Source of the DNA: Bdellovibrionota bacterium
Lineage (GTDB): Bacteria > Bdellovibrionota_C > UBA2361 > CAKMMH01
Direction of reading: 5' to 3'
Assembly (NCBI GenBank): GCA_050952645.1
Contig: JBMNLI010000017.1
Span: 256,001 to 320,000, forward strand
Length of the DNA: 64,000 bases
Shown: positions 49,378 to 60,127 of the stretch, in pieces
How positions within the stretch are numbered: position 1 is the first letter of the stretch
Layout of the letters: each line of letters begins with the position of its first letter
Program-made: the position numbers and the translations under genes
The notes under the pieces: generated by a model
Seen by the model: only the letters and a program-made list of their open reading frames with translations
Told to the model about the DNA's origin: nothing
The model's database searches: none

Positions 49378-51447
49378 TTAAGTTAGCTTATCGCCATTTT
49401 TTGCGGCCTCTATTTTATCGGGAGTTACTACCGAAATAAACTCGCCTGTGCCCGACGCTAAAATCATACCATCTGAAATGCCGAACTTCATTTTTCTAGG
49501 CTCTAAGTTTGCTACCATTATAATTTTTTTTCCGATTAACGTTTTAGGGTCGTAAGAAGATTTTATGCCAGCAAAAACCTGTCTTTTTTCTACGCCTATA
49601 TCGAGGGTAATTTTTAAAAGTTTATTTGAATCTTCTTGAATTTCAGCATCTAACACGGTCGCTATTCTTAAATCGATTTTAGCAAAATCATCATAAGTAA
49701 TTCTAGGTAAAATTGGCTCTACGCTATTATTACTATTATCTGTATTATTATCTATATTATTTTTTATATTATTTTCTTTAGCATTATCTAGTTTTACCTT
49801 ATTTATTTCTTCTAATTCTTTTTTAGTATCTTCTACCATTTTTTCAACGTCTTTAATATCTATTCTTTCCATTAATCTTTCAAACTCATTTAATTTTATA
49901 TTTTCAAGAGTTTTGTTTAGATCTTTAAAAGTCCAATCGCTTTCATTAAACAAACCTTCCACTTTTTTTGCAAGAGCAGGTAAAATTGGTTTTAAATATA
50001 TTATTAAACATCTCGCTACGTTTAACCCAGCAGTAAGAACTTCGCAAGCTTTTTCCTTATCTTCTTTTACTAATACCCAAGGCTGGTAAGTTTGGTAAAA
50101 TTTATTTATCTCATCTGCGCATTGCAAAACTTCTTTTACGACATTCATATATTTACACTCTAGATATGCTTCTTTTATCACATCTAGTTTTGCACGAGTA
50201 TTATTTAAAAGCTCCTTGCCCTCTATATTTAGAGTAGAAATGGTATTATCGAAATGTTTTCCTAAAATTCCAGCACTTCTACTTATAATATTTACTAAGT
50301 TGCCAACTAAGTCGCTATTAACTTTAGCTACAAAATCTTCAAAATTTAAATCTATATCTTCAACTTTTCCATTTATTTTTGAAGCGTAATAATACCTTAA
50401 ATATTCAGGATTTAAATTATTTAAGTAAGTTCTAGCGCTTATAAAAGTCCCACGACTTTTACTCATCTTTTGTCCATTAACGGTAATAAATCCATGAATA
50501 AATATGCGCTTTGGAGTATTAAACTCGACTCCCATTAGTGCAGCTTGCCAAAATAGAGTATGAAAGTATGCGATATCTTTACCTATAAAATGGTACACCT
50601 CGGCTGTATCTCCGGTCCAATATTTTTTATAATCTATATTTCTTTTATCACAATAATTTTTAAGCGATGCTATATAGCCAATTGGAGCATCGAGCCATAC
50701 ATAAAAATATTTATCTTCTTCATTCGGGATTTTAAAACCAAAGTATGGAGCATCTCTAGAAATATCCCAATCTTTAAGTCCGTCTTTAAACCATTCTTTC
50801 ATTTTATTTACGGTCTGTTCATCTACAAACCCACTTTTTAACAATTCTTTTAAATCATCTTCAAAGTCTGTTATTTTAAAAAAGTAATGCATAGATAGTT
50901 TTTTTACCGGTTTTTTTCCACTTATCACGCTTACGGCATCTTTCATATCTAGTGGAGAATAAGTCGCTCCGCACGCCTCGCAGGAATCGCCGTATTGCTC
51001 TAGTGCATTACATTTAGGGCAAGTTCCTTTTATAAACCTATCTGGTAGAAACATTTTTTCTTGTTCATCGTAGGCTTGCTCGATTTCTCTTTTTTCGATA
51101 TGTCCTTTTTTATTTAATGTATTGTAAAATAGCTCGACTAGTTCTTTATTTTCAGGGGAATGCGTCGAGTGGTAATTATCAAACTCTATTAAAAAATCGC
51201 TAAAATCTTTTTGATGTTCCACTGAAACTTTTGCTATAAGTTCTTCAGGGCTTATATTTTTCTCTTTAGCTTTTAACATTATCGGCGTTCCATGAGTATC
51301 GTCTGCACAACAATAAAGACAATTATTCAGAGCCATTTTTTGGAATCTCACCCAAATATCTGCTTGTATATATTCTAAAATATGCCCAATATGAATCGCC
51401 CCATTCGCATAAGGCAATGCTGCAGTTACTAAAATATCTTTTTTCAC
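49378..51447 (-). CDS. metG: Methionine--tRNA ligase
   Basis: ALPYANG.IHIGH, zinc knuckle, KMSKS and C-terminal tRNA-binding OB domain. Confidence 0.98.
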   Translation of the reverse strand: MKKDILVTAALPYANGAIHIGHILEYIQADIWVRFQKMALNNCLYCCADDTHGTPIMLKAKEKNISPEELIAKVSVEHQKDFSDFLIEFDNYHSTHSPENKELVELFYNTLNKKGHIEKREIEQAYDEQEKMFLPDRFIKGTCPKCNALEQYGDSCEACGATYSPLDMKDAVSVISGKKPVKKLSMHYFFKITDFEDDLKELLKSGFVDEQTVNKMKEWFKDGLKDWDISRDAPYFGFKIPNEEDKYFYVWLDAPIGYIASLKNYCDKRNIDYKKYWTGDTAEVYHFIGKDIAYFHTLFWQAALMGVEFNTPKRIFIHGFITVNGQKMSKSRGTFISARTYLNNLNPEYLRYYYASKINGKVEDIDLNFEDFVAKVNSDLVGNLVNIISRSAGILGKHFDNTISTLNIEGKELLNNTRAKLDVIKEAYLECKYMNVVKEVLQCADEINKFYQTYQPWVLVKEDKEKACEVLTAGLNVARCLIIYLKPILPALAKKVEGLFNESDWTFKDLNKTLENIKLNEFERLMERIDIKDVEKMVEDTKKELEEINKVKLDNAKENNIKNNIDNNTDNSNNSVEPILPRITYDDFAKIDLRIATVLDAEIQEDSNKLLKITLDIGVEKRQVFAGIKSSYDPKTLIGKKIIMVANLEPRKMKFGISDGMILASGTGEFISVVTPDKIEAAKNGDKLT

Positions 51448-51613
51448 GATTTACCACCTTTTCTTTTGTAATGTTATTAAAAATTAACTATTTAATAATT
51501 CTTTAATCCATAGACGTTTCTAAGATAACATTTTTAGACAAAATCTGAAACTAGTAGTTAAATGAGAGCCTACAAACTAATAACTTGCGATTTACAACGT
51601 AACCTGCCCCTTT

Positions 51614-52351
51614 TTAGTTTCCACTCCATAAAATTCTAAAAGACGTTAAATCTTCATTAGTTTTTTTATTTTTTATATTATGGAGAGTTATATTGTTATC
51701 TTTAAACTCGGTTTCTACAATTATTATATCATCAATCTTTACTTCTTTCTTGTAATTGATTTCTATTTCTTTTATAGAGGTTTTTAATAAAAAATCGAAA
51801 GAAAGAGTATTTAAAACGAATTTTAAATAGTTTGAATTATTAACATGTCTGTTTAAGTCTATATCATCAAAACCAATTTCTATATCTTTTTGTATATCGA
51901 CTTTTTCTAGTGGTGGTATTTTAGGAAAAGAGGTTTCAAGTGCATATTTTTCTTCAAGCTCTGGAAAACTTAACTCTTTATAAGGATTTAAGATTTTTTT
52001 CGTTTCCAAATCTACTAAAACCCAAAGAGAGCTAGCCGCTCCTATATTTTTATAATTTTCATCTTGCACATTAAACTCACGCCTACAATAAATCCCTTTA
52101 GATTTTATTGCCCAAGTTTTTATGTAAATAGTATCTAGAGAGTCAGGGAATTTTTCAAATTTTAAGTGATACTTAATTAGAAACCAACCTACATTTAACG
52201 TTTGAGTTTTAGAATACCCTACTCCTAATTTTTTAGCATTAGTAGAGGCTACATCTTCTAAATCGTGTAAAAGTGCATAAGGCTTCATTTTATTATTTGC
52301 GTCTACCTCGTAGCTTTTTACTTCATATTTTTTAGTAGTTGAAAAATTCAT
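51614..52351 (-). CDS. Acyl-ACP thioesterase
   Basis: Double hot-dog pattern; DIDLNRHVNN motif. Confidence 0.88.
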   Translation of the reverse strand: MNFSTTKKYEVKSYEVDANNKMKPYALLHDLEDVASTNAKKLGVGYSKTQTLNVGWFLIKYHLKFEKFPDSLDTIYIKTWAIKSKGIYCRREFNVQDENYKNIGAASSLWVLVDLETKKILNPYKELSFPELEEKYALETSFPKIPPLEKVDIQKDIEIGFDDIDLNRHVNNSNYLKFVLNTLSFDFLLKTSIKEIEINYKKEVKIDDIIIVETEFKDNNITLHNIKNKKTNEDLTSFRILWSGN

Positions 52352-52359
52352 AAGTTATA

Positions 52360-52965
52360 CTATTTAAGAAAAAATTGCTCTGAAATACCTTGCATAATCA
52401 TTTGTGAAGCTAGAGCTGCTAGGTAAATTCCCGTTATCTTACTTAGCACTATAATTCGCTTCTTTCCAAAAGATTTTTCTATCGATACAGATAAATATAA
52501 AAGCAACCAAACTAAAACTGATGTAACAAGTAATGCTATAATATGCACTAATCTTTGCTCAATACTTCCTGCTGTATCGGTTCCTGCGACTAGTAGCGTT
52601 CCTATCATCGCAGGCCCTATAATTATGGGTATAGTCATTGGAACTAATACTATTTCCTGCTCCTTATCTTCATTTTTAGGAGCAGACACTCTTCCTTTCA
52701 CTAAACCTATACCATCTAAAAGCAGTATCGTTCCGACCCCCACTCTAAACGCATTTACTGTAATTCCAAGGATTGAAAAAATTTGCGAGCCTAAGAATAT
52801 CATTATAACACAAACTACAAATGATGTTATCATAATTTTTGTTGCGTCCTTTTTTCGTCTTTCTTCGTCGAAGTTTTTTGTTAAATATAAAAACATCATA
52901 AGTGCAAAAAAAGGCGTAAATAAGAAAAAATACCTTAATGTTAAAGAAAAAATATCTACATACAT
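52360..52965 (-). CDS. MarC family membrane protein
   Basis: GITVNAFRVG.G and VPMTIP.I.GP motifs; about 6 TM helices. Confidence 0.9.
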   Translation of the reverse strand: MYVDIFSLTLRYFFLFTPFFALMMFLYLTKNFDEERRKKDATKIMITSFVVCVIMIFLGSQIFSILGITVNAFRVGVGTILLLDGIGLVKGRVSAPKNEDKEQEIVLVPMTIPIIIGPAMIGTLLVAGTDTAGSIEQRLVHIIALLVTSVLVWLLLYLSVSIEKSFGKKRIIVLSKITGIYLAALASQMIMQGISEQFFLK

Positions 52966-53037
52966 TTATAACCTAAACTCCATTACAGAATACCATCTTT
53001 AGAATATAATCTTTAGAATATAATTTTTATTTTTAAA

Positions 53038-53167
53038 GGCTCCTACACGTATCGCTTAAAGTAGGTTAGAAAAATTGTTTTCTTTTAGGCGTATGCCGAA
53101 GTAATACTAATTTGTCAAAGTAATGCTAATTTAAAGAGCATAAAACCTCTTTTGAACGTGAATAACT
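53038..53167. mobile_element. MITE family 1, copy E
   Basis: GGCTCCTACACG..GTAGGTTAGAAAAATTGTT ... TTGAACGTGAATAACT with perfect 8-bp duplication TTTTTAAA. Confidence 0.75.
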
Positions 53168-53323
53168 TTTTTAAAAATATAATTTTATTTTTTAAAAACA
53201 GAGACACTACTAACTTTAAATTTAGTTTAAAATTTTAGTTTAAAAAGTTTTTCGCTCTTTGCCGTATTTTGCAAGCCTATTGATTACTAACATTTGCTGC
53301 CATTAACAAGGAAAAAAGGATTT

Positions 53324-54802
53324 TTAATTTATCCAAGTAGTACTTTTTGTAATTTCACTAAATCTATTATCCCAATTCTTTTCAAAATCTTCAAATGTAG
53401 GTGCAAATGCGATATCGATTTCAATATAATCTTTAAGCGATAATTTTGATGTATCGACGCCGACACGCTCAAGCCACCTTTTATTTCTATTACTATATAA
53501 CTCTAAAGCAGTTTCTATGCTATCTACACCAGTCATGTTTTTTATAGGTGAAAACTCATCTTCTCTACTAATTTCTAAACCTATCTGTTTTTTAGCTAAA
53601 GGTAGTAAATCAAAAATAAATTTTTCATGCTTATAAGCTTCGGTATCTTGAACTTTACCGTCTACATATGCTTTAACAATTTTCTTGCTTCTATGAAATG
53701 GAAGATGAACGTTTTCATTTTTTAATTTTCTAAAAAAATCTACTGAAAAAGCGTGCATCGCTGGGCTTCCCCAATTAAATATAATCTCTCCGTTTTCATC
53801 TTTTAGCTCTAGTTGTTCTTTCGACACATCTACGTATTCAACTATATGATCTTTTCCATGTATAGAAACTAAATGACCTACTTTTTCTTGAGGCGAAGCT
53901 TTCTTTAAAACTTTGGTAACTATATCTGCATTTTCACTACGTGCCAACCCTACTAAAACTGCATCATCTATCGGCGCTAAAATATTATCTACTTGAATAT
54001 ATACTAAAGTTTTTATACCTCTTTTCTCTAAGTATTCCATTGCACCGCTTCGCATAAAAGCCGTATAACATCCGCCGTGGCCGTCGGGATTTTTTAGCAA
54101 TTGACCACTAGATGCTAAAAGAGCCCTTCCCATTAAATCGCAAGTAGCAGTCATAGATTGGCAAAAGAAAAACACATCATTTTTATTCATACCGAAATAA
54201 TTATTTTCTTTAAAAAACTCTCTCGTTAAAGCGTCGGTATCTGGGCTAGTCATAATTAAAAAAGGGATAATTTTCCCATATTTTTTTGAGGCGTAAATAA
54301 TTTTTTCTGCGTGGATTTGGTATAAAGTTTTTTTACTAATACTTAAACTTTCAAAGCATCCTTTTGGCCCATCATATCCTAACCTTGTTCCTTGCCCTCC
54401 TGCAACTAGAAGAACTCCTACTTCACCATTTTTATAAGCCTCTTTACCGATTTTTTCTAATTTTTTTGATATATTTTTTCTTTCTTCTAAGCTTATAACC
54501 TTACTCATTTCTATTTTTGCATCAGACATATCTACTGGCGTGAATACATTTTTCAGCGAACTCCAATCTATGGAGTTTATTTCTTCTACAAAATCTTTTC
54601 TTTTTTCTTCGGGACAATTTTTTATCGCTTCTAATAAGTGAGTTTGACCATTTATCGTTAAAAGTTCTACTAACGTTCTTGGGGGTAGTTTTGAGACATC
54701 TATCTCAACGACTTTTTCAGATTTTGTTTTTTTGCTAGCATCTAAAATAGAATCAACATTTAGGTTATTAAAACTTTCAATATTTTCATTTTTTTGCTTC
54801 AT
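53324..54802 (-). CDS. UDP-N-acetylhexosamine pyrophosphorylase (UDPGP/UAP family)
   Basis: LVAGGQGTRLG..GPKG, PDGHGG, VDN, EKVG, VEY, EKFIFD and REDEFSPIKN motifs. Confidence 0.9.
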   Translation of the reverse strand: MKQKNENIESFNNLNVDSILDASKKTKSEKVVEIDVSKLPPRTLVELLTINGQTHLLEAIKNCPEEKRKDFVEEINSIDWSSLKNVFTPVDMSDAKIEMSKVISLEERKNISKKLEKIGKEAYKNGEVGVLLVAGGQGTRLGYDGPKGCFESLSISKKTLYQIHAEKIIYASKKYGKIIPFLIMTSPDTDALTREFFKENNYFGMNKNDVFFFCQSMTATCDLMGRALLASSGQLLKNPDGHGGCYTAFMRSGAMEYLEKRGIKTLVYIQVDNILAPIDDAVLVGLARSENADIVTKVLKKASPQEKVGHLVSIHGKDHIVEYVDVSKEQLELKDENGEIIFNWGSPAMHAFSVDFFRKLKNENVHLPFHRSKKIVKAYVDGKVQDTEAYKHEKFIFDLLPLAKKQIGLEISREDEFSPIKNMTGVDSIETALELYSNRNKRWLERVGVDTSKLSLKDYIEIDIAFAPTFEDFEKNWDNRFSEITKSTTWIN

Positions 54803-54823
54803 ATATCACCTTATTAAAATAAA

Positions 54824-54990
54824 AGTTCTTCACTTTTAAAAGTGGTTTTAAATTCTCAAAAAATTAGCATCACACAGGGCATCACAGATAGCACCACACT
54901 TTAAGAAGCACTTTTAAAAAAAAATTTCACAAACCTTTCTAATCCACTTTCGTAATCCGCTTTTCTAATCCACTTAAAGCGTGAAGAACT
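54824..54990. mobile_element. MITE family 1, copy F
   Basis: AGTTCTTCACTTTTAAAAGTGG ... CCACTTAAAGCGTGAAGAACT with perfect 8-bp duplication AAAATAAA. Confidence 0.82.
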
Positions 54991-55020
54991 AAAATAAATA
55001 TTACTAAACTATTTACTACT

Positions 55021-55518
55021 TTACAAATAAACAAGCTCTAAGCTATCTAGTTTTGCATCTAAAAGAGCAAAACTTCGCTCATTAGTTCTAAAGCATAGAG
55101 CCCCTGGGTTGATAACTCGTGTGTTAAATATTTTTTCATCTCTTATTTTATGTGTATGTCCACACAATACGTAATCGTAAACTTGGCTATTAAGAAGTTT
55201 TTGTGCGACTTCACCCATAATATCATGAATTACTAAAAATCTTTTATCTTCGTGCGTAAAATCATGAAATGGAGCAGGTGGAGTTTCAAAACCTAGCATT
55301 TTTGCTTTATATGTAAGCCCGATTATCTCTCCATCATTATTACCATACACGAACTTTAAAGGGAAGCCTTTAAGAATTTCTAAAATTGATGGAGCTATTA
55401 AATCACCGCAATGAACTACTAAATCGATATCTTTTCTTTTTCTTATAATGTCTGCTACGCGTTCTAGCAAAGGGTAATGATCGTGCGTATCTGATATTAT
55501 AGCTATCATAAAAAACAA
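55021..55518 (-). CDS. Metallophosphoesterase (YfcE/MJ0936 type)
   Basis: SDTH, HCGD, GNND, GHTH and NPG motifs. Confidence 0.92.
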   Translation of the reverse strand: MFFMIAIISDTHDHYPLLERVADIIRKRKDIDLVVHCGDLIAPSILEILKGFPLKFVYGNNDGEIIGLTYKAKMLGFETPPAPFHDFTHEDKRFLVIHDIMGEVAQKLLNSQVYDYVLCGHTHKIRDEKIFNTRVINPGALCFRTNERSFALLDAKLDSLELVYL

Positions 55519-55596
55519 ATCCTTTTTATATTATTTTACTATACACTTTTTACTATACACTAATATTTAAATTAAATAAAAAATCACTATAATAAA

Positions 55597-56196
55597 TTAT
55601 TTAGGTGCGATTTTAGTTAATATTTCTCTTATTTGGTGTAATTTATCTATTCCTACGAACCTTTCTTTATTGATAACGAAAGTTGGGGTATCGAAAATTC
55701 CTAAATTTTTACCTCTAGTATAAATCCCTTTAACTCGTTCTCTAATATCTGGGGAAGAAAGCTTAGATACGAACTCTCCCATCTCGACATCCATCTCATC
55801 GCATAGTTCACGCCAGAATTCTTCAGTATTAGGATTTCTTTCTTGTGTCCAGCAGTAGTCAAAAACTTTAAAATTATATTCCATTAAAAAATCCATATCT
55901 TTTGCTACCATAGCACCACGAGTGATTCTAACGGGGTCGAACTCTTCTTCGGGCCAATTAGTGGGGATAGTTAATGGGATATTATGCATTTTAGCGTATC
56001 TTTTAGCATCTTCTATTATATAAGATATTTTATCGGGATTAATATTTGCTAGTGGCACTGACTGCCCTGCGGCTTTTGCAGAAAAAGGCTGCCACAAAAG
56101 CTCTACATCGTAATCTTTGTTAAGGGCGTAAATCTCATCTAGCGCCAAATGACAAAATATATTTTGAAATGAATAAAAAACTTCTATCGTTACCAT
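55597..56196 (-). CDS. DsbA-like / HCCA isomerase family thioredoxin-fold protein
   Basis: IEVFYSF...C.LA, K..Y...D..RYA and GIFDTPTFVIN.E.F.G.D patterns. Confidence 0.8.
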   Translation of the reverse strand: MVTIEVFYSFQNIFCHLALDEIYALNKDYDVELLWQPFSAKAAGQSVPLANINPDKISYIIEDAKRYAKMHNIPLTIPTNWPEEEFDPVRITRGAMVAKDMDFLMEYNFKVFDYCWTQERNPNTEEFWRELCDEMDVEMGEFVSKLSSPDIRERVKGIYTRGKNLGIFDTPTFVINKERFVGIDKLHQIREILTKIAPK

Positions 56197-56513
56197 AATA
56201 ATACCTTTAAAACTATAACTTAAACAATCATTTAAAGAGTTTAGCAGATCTTTCTAAATGTTAAAATATAAAAAACATTTAATTACGTTTTAAGGTGGAG
56301 GGGGTGCTCTAAGTTTTAAATATAATTTTTAAAACATAATTGACTAAAAATTGCTATTTTGAGAGAATGAAAAGACTAGATGCTTTTTAAAAAGCACGAC
56401 GAAAGGTTATTTTTGTGTATTAAATCTTTGCATAGATTGTCTTTATGTTAAAGAATAAGCTAAAAAGCTTTGCACAAAAAGGATTTAACTTTTTACATAA
56501 AAGGTACAGAACA

Positions 56514-57347
56514 ATGAACCGAAAATTGTATGCATTGTATGCGATTATTCTTTCGTTTGGGATTATCGGCTCTACTATCTTAACTACAGGATGCAACAAC
56601 GGCGATAAGGGAGACACTATTTCCTCCACTCCAGCAGTTCGTGAGGATAATGGAGTAGTTGAAACTACACCTCCTCAAATTCCAAACTCGGAAGAAAAGG
56701 AAAGCGACTCTCTTCAACAAAAAGAGACTAATGAAGTTGCTACCACCGATGAGCAAAACGATGAAGCGACTCCTAACATTGCTAAAAGCGAGGAAACCGC
56801 TTCGGAAGTTAGCACCAATGAGCCTATTAGCGCGGAACTTGCAGAGATTGTAAAGGCCGTAGAAGAGCAAGGCTATTGGTTTAACACCAACGCTACTAAA
56901 TTAGAAGGCTATTGGACCTACGATGGAACTAAGCCTAAAATAATAGAAAGCGATGACAGCAGGTTAGCAGTCATACTCGACTCGGAAGATGGAATTTTTG
57001 GAAGGTTCGACAACTCATTTAGGATTAACGAAGAAGAAACCTATGCTAGTATTTTCGTATGGATAAACACGAACGACAAATCATTAGCAAGGGGAGCTTC
57101 AATACTTGAGGAATTAGCGAATAGTCCTAGGAAAAAAGCATTATATTCCATTGACGCTTGCTCACTTTATAAAAAAGTGGCATACGAACAATATGAACTT
57201 AAAAGTGGAATAACGTTTTGGAATATAAATACGTATTGCTCAGATCCAACTAAGGAATGTTTCTACGCAAAATATCCGATCGTTGTATATTTGCTTGATC
57301 GGCAGGGTGAACATAAACGATGCTTTGCCATGCTTGACTTAAAATAA
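56514..57347 (+). CDS. Lipoprotein, array copy 1
   Basis: Likely start MNRKLY (AAAGGT SD), lipobox TTGC, acidic linker and a conserved C-terminal domain. Confidence 0.8.
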   Translation: MNRKLYALYAIILSFGIIGSTILTTGCNNGDKGDTISSTPAVREDNGVVETTPPQIPNSEEKESDSLQQKETNEVATTDEQNDEATPNIAKSEETASEVSTNEPISAELAEIVKAVEEQGYWFNTNATKLEGYWTYDGTKPKIIESDDSRLAVILDSEDGIFGRFDNSFRINEEETYASIFVWINTNDKSLARGASILEELANSPRKKALYSIDACSLYKKVAYEQYELKSGITFWNINTYCSDPTKECFYAKYPIVVYLLDRQGEHKRCFAMLDLK

Positions 57348-57353
57348 GCGCTT

Positions 57354-57404
57354 AAGATAGAGACACAGGCGTAAAGAGACACGCCTTCCGTCTCTATCTT
57401 TTTT
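57354..57404. terminator. Terminator hairpin between convergent genes
   Basis: AAGATAGAGAC..AGGCGT / ACGCCT..GTCTCTATCTT plus a T run. Confidence 0.75.
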
Positions 57405-57410
57405 ATTTTA

Positions 57411-58997
57411 TCAACTAAAACTATTAGTGCTATAATCTGATGTATTAGTGCTTTCATTACTTTCAAAACTTTGCGATGAAAATAAGGAAGTTGATGAAAC
57501 GCTTTCTGTTAAAGATGAACTGCTACTACTAGCTCCACATACCCAATATCTCGTATTAGGATCTTGCCTCCATAAATCTTCCTTACAACACATATAAACA
57601 GCATGAGGCTGATGACTTTCTCGTATAAAACCTATTTGTCCCATAGTTTCTCCATTATTTCGACACTGAGCTGGGTAATAACACCATAAATCGCCTTGGG
57701 CATTCGTATAAGTTGAACCCTGCGGACAACAACGAGTTATTTGATTTCCATAAGCATCGCTTCTAATAATAGGTATCTCTCTTGAATCGCAACAATCATT
57801 GCACGGCTCTTCACATCCCCCATTAAAAGGCACTTTCCCATCTTCGCAACAACGACTTATATCAGGATTGGCACATTTGCCATTATCACAGCACGGCTCA
57901 TCTCCACACGGCACAGGATCTTCGTTAGGGCAACAAGTATTTAATTTGCATTTACCCATTTCGCAACATTCGATTTCACCACAAGGACTACCACCATTTG
58001 GACAAGAAGTAGGTGTAGGTGTTAGAGTTTTAGTAGGCGTATTTGTTGGCACCGTCGGCGTATTAGTAGGAGTATTCGTTGGCACCGTTGGTGTATTAGT
58101 AGGAGTTACGGTAGGCGTATCCGTTGGTATCAACGTTGCTGTGTTTGTAAGTGTGGCTGTAGGCGTATCCGTTGGTATCGGCGTTGCTGTATTGGTAGGT
58201 GTATTGATTACAACACTCTCTTTTATGCAATTATATACGATATAAATATCCTCTCCTTCTTCTTGTACTTCTATACTACACGTTTCGCCATCCTCGCAAC
58301 ATAAATGCCCACACTGCCTATCAGAAGGACACGCTAAAGAAGCACTAGATAAACTTTCACTGCTAAACGTCTCAGAAGAAAAACTAAACGAGCTTTTACT
58401 CACTTTCTCACAACTAGGAATCGGGATAATCTCACCGTCTGCATTTTCTTGTAAATACGTTTTACACTCCCTCCCCTCTTCACAACAAAGATAACCACAC
58501 TGCCTCTCAGGAGGACACGCTGAAGAAAAACTAAAAGAGCTTTCACTAGATAAACTACTCTCCGAAGAGCTTTCACTTTCCGATGAGCTTTCACTTGAAA
58601 AAGAAGAAAAACTTTCACTTATAATAACTGGCGGTAAAGATGATGCTGAAGAACTTTGAGTATCACACCACCAAGCAACAACATTTCCAAGCCCATCGGT
58701 CATATAACGACACATTCCTTTCTTACAACATAAGCCAAAACAAAAATCTTCATCTGGTTTACAACCCCCAACTGGCACGCTCGAAGTGGAATCTTCACTT
58801 TCACTAGAAAAACTACTACTAGATGGATTTACTGGCGGTAGTGGTGGCTTCTTACTACTACTACTAGACGAACTACTAGAATAAGAACTAGTGCTAGGCG
58901 ACGTAATAGGAGGCTCTGGTGGCAAGCTACTTAAACTACTACTAGAAGACGAACTCTTACTAGAGCTAATTGCTAAAAATAATCGCTTCACAAACAT
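57411..58997 (-). CDS. Cys-rich repeat protein with Ser and Pro/Thr linkers, copy 1 (possibly 5'-truncated)
   Basis: Repeated C-x5-C-x3-CC modules separated by poly-Ser and PTNTPT tracts; no clear SD or signal peptide. Confidence 0.65.
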   Translation of the reverse strand: MFVKRLFLAISSSKSSSSSSSLSSLPPEPPITSPSTSSYSSSSSSSSSKKPPLPPVNPSSSSFSSESEDSTSSVPVGGCKPDEDFCFGLCCKKGMCRYMTDGLGNVVAWWCDTQSSSASSLPPVIISESFSSFSSESSSESESSSESSLSSESSFSFSSACPPERQCGYLCCEEGRECKTYLQENADGEIIPIPSCEKVSKSSFSFSSETFSSESLSSASLACPSDRQCGHLCCEDGETCSIEVQEEGEDIYIVYNCIKESVVINTPTNTATPIPTDTPTATLTNTATLIPTDTPTVTPTNTPTVPTNTPTNTPTVPTNTPTKTLTPTPTSCPNGGSPCGEIECCEMGKCKLNTCCPNEDPVPCGDEPCCDNGKCANPDISRCCEDGKVPFNGGCEEPCNDCCDSREIPIIRSDAYGNQITRCCPQGSTYTNAQGDLWCYYPAQCRNNGETMGQIGFIRESHQPHAVYMCCKEDLWRQDPNTRYWVCGASSSSSSLTESVSSTSLFSSQSFESNESTNTSDYSTNSFS

Positions 58998-59191
58998 CGA
59001 ATAATTTTTAAATATAATTGACTAAAAATTGCTATTTTGAGAGAATGAAAAGACTAGATGCTTTTTAAAAAGCACGACGAAAGGTTATTTTTGTGTATTA
59101 AATCTTTGCATAGATTGTCTTTATGTTAAAGAATAAGCTAAAAAGCTTTGCACAAAAAGGATTTAACTTTTTACATAAAAGGTACAGAACA

Positions 59192-60061
59192 ATGAACCGA
59201 AAATTGTATGCATTGTATGCGATTATTCTTTCGTTTGGGATTATCGGCTCTACTATCTTAACTACAGGATGCAACAACGGCGATAAGGGAGACACTATTT
59301 CCTCCACTCCAGCAGTTCGTGAGGATAATGGAGTAGTTGAAACTACACCTCCTCAAATTCCAAACTCGGAAGAAAAGGAAAGCGACTCTCTTCAACAAAA
59401 AGAGACTAATGAAGTTGCTACCACCGATGAGCAAAACGATGAAGCGACTCCTAACATTGCTAAAAGCGAGGAAACCGCTTCGGAAGTTAGCACCAATGAG
59501 CCTATTAGCGCGGAACTTGCAGAGATTGTAAAGGCCGTAGAAGAGCAAGGCTATTGGTTTAACACCAACGCTACTAAATTAGAAGGCTATTGGACCTACG
59601 ATGGAACTAAGCCTAAAATAATAGAAAGCGATGACAGCAGGTTAGCAGTCATACTCGACTCGGAAGATGGGATTTTTGGAAGGTTTTCCAACCGATTTAG
59701 GATTAACGAAGAAAAAACCTATCCTGATGTTTTTGTATGGATAAACACGAACAATAAACCATTAGCAAGGGGAGCTTCAATACTCGAGGAATTAGCGAAT
59801 AGTCCTTGGAACGAAGTATTATATCCCATCGACGCTTGCTCACTTTATAAAAAAGTGGCATACGAACAGTATGAACTTAAAAACGGAATAACGTTTTGGA
59901 ATATAAATACGTATTGCTCAGACCCAACCAAGGAATGTTTTTATTCAAAATATCCAATCATTGTATATTTTCATGATTGGAAGAAGAAGAAAAAGCAAAC
60001 AAAACAAACAGGACAAACAAACTGCTTTGGCATGTTAAACTTAGTTAGCTTAGAAGAATAA
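59192..60061 (+). CDS. Lipoprotein, array copy 2
   Basis: N-terminal half identical to copy 1; substitutions cluster in the C-terminal domain. Confidence 0.8.
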   Translation: MNRKLYALYAIILSFGIIGSTILTTGCNNGDKGDTISSTPAVREDNGVVETTPPQIPNSEEKESDSLQQKETNEVATTDEQNDEATPNIAKSEETASEVSTNEPISAELAEIVKAVEEQGYWFNTNATKLEGYWTYDGTKPKIIESDDSRLAVILDSEDGIFGRFSNRFRINEEKTYPDVFVWINTNNKPLARGASILEELANSPWNEVLYPIDACSLYKKVAYEQYELKNGITFWNINTYCSDPTKECFYSKYPIIVYFHDWKKKKKQTKQTGQTNCFGMLNLVSLEE

Positions 60062-60070
60062 GCGCTTTAT

Positions 60071-60121
60071 AGATAGAGACACAGGCGTAAAAAGACACGC
60101 CTGCCCGTCTCTATCTTTTTT
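60071..60121. terminator. Terminator hairpin, copy 2
   Basis: AGATAGAGAC / GTCTCTATCT plus a T run. Confidence 0.75.
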
Positions 60122-60127
60122 ATTTTA

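Noticed and set aside
56990..60061. Diversity-generating retroelement (TR/VR pair) explaining differences between lipoprotein copies
   Set aside because: The differences are not adenine-specific (many C/T, G/C and T/C changes) and there is no reverse transcriptase in the window.
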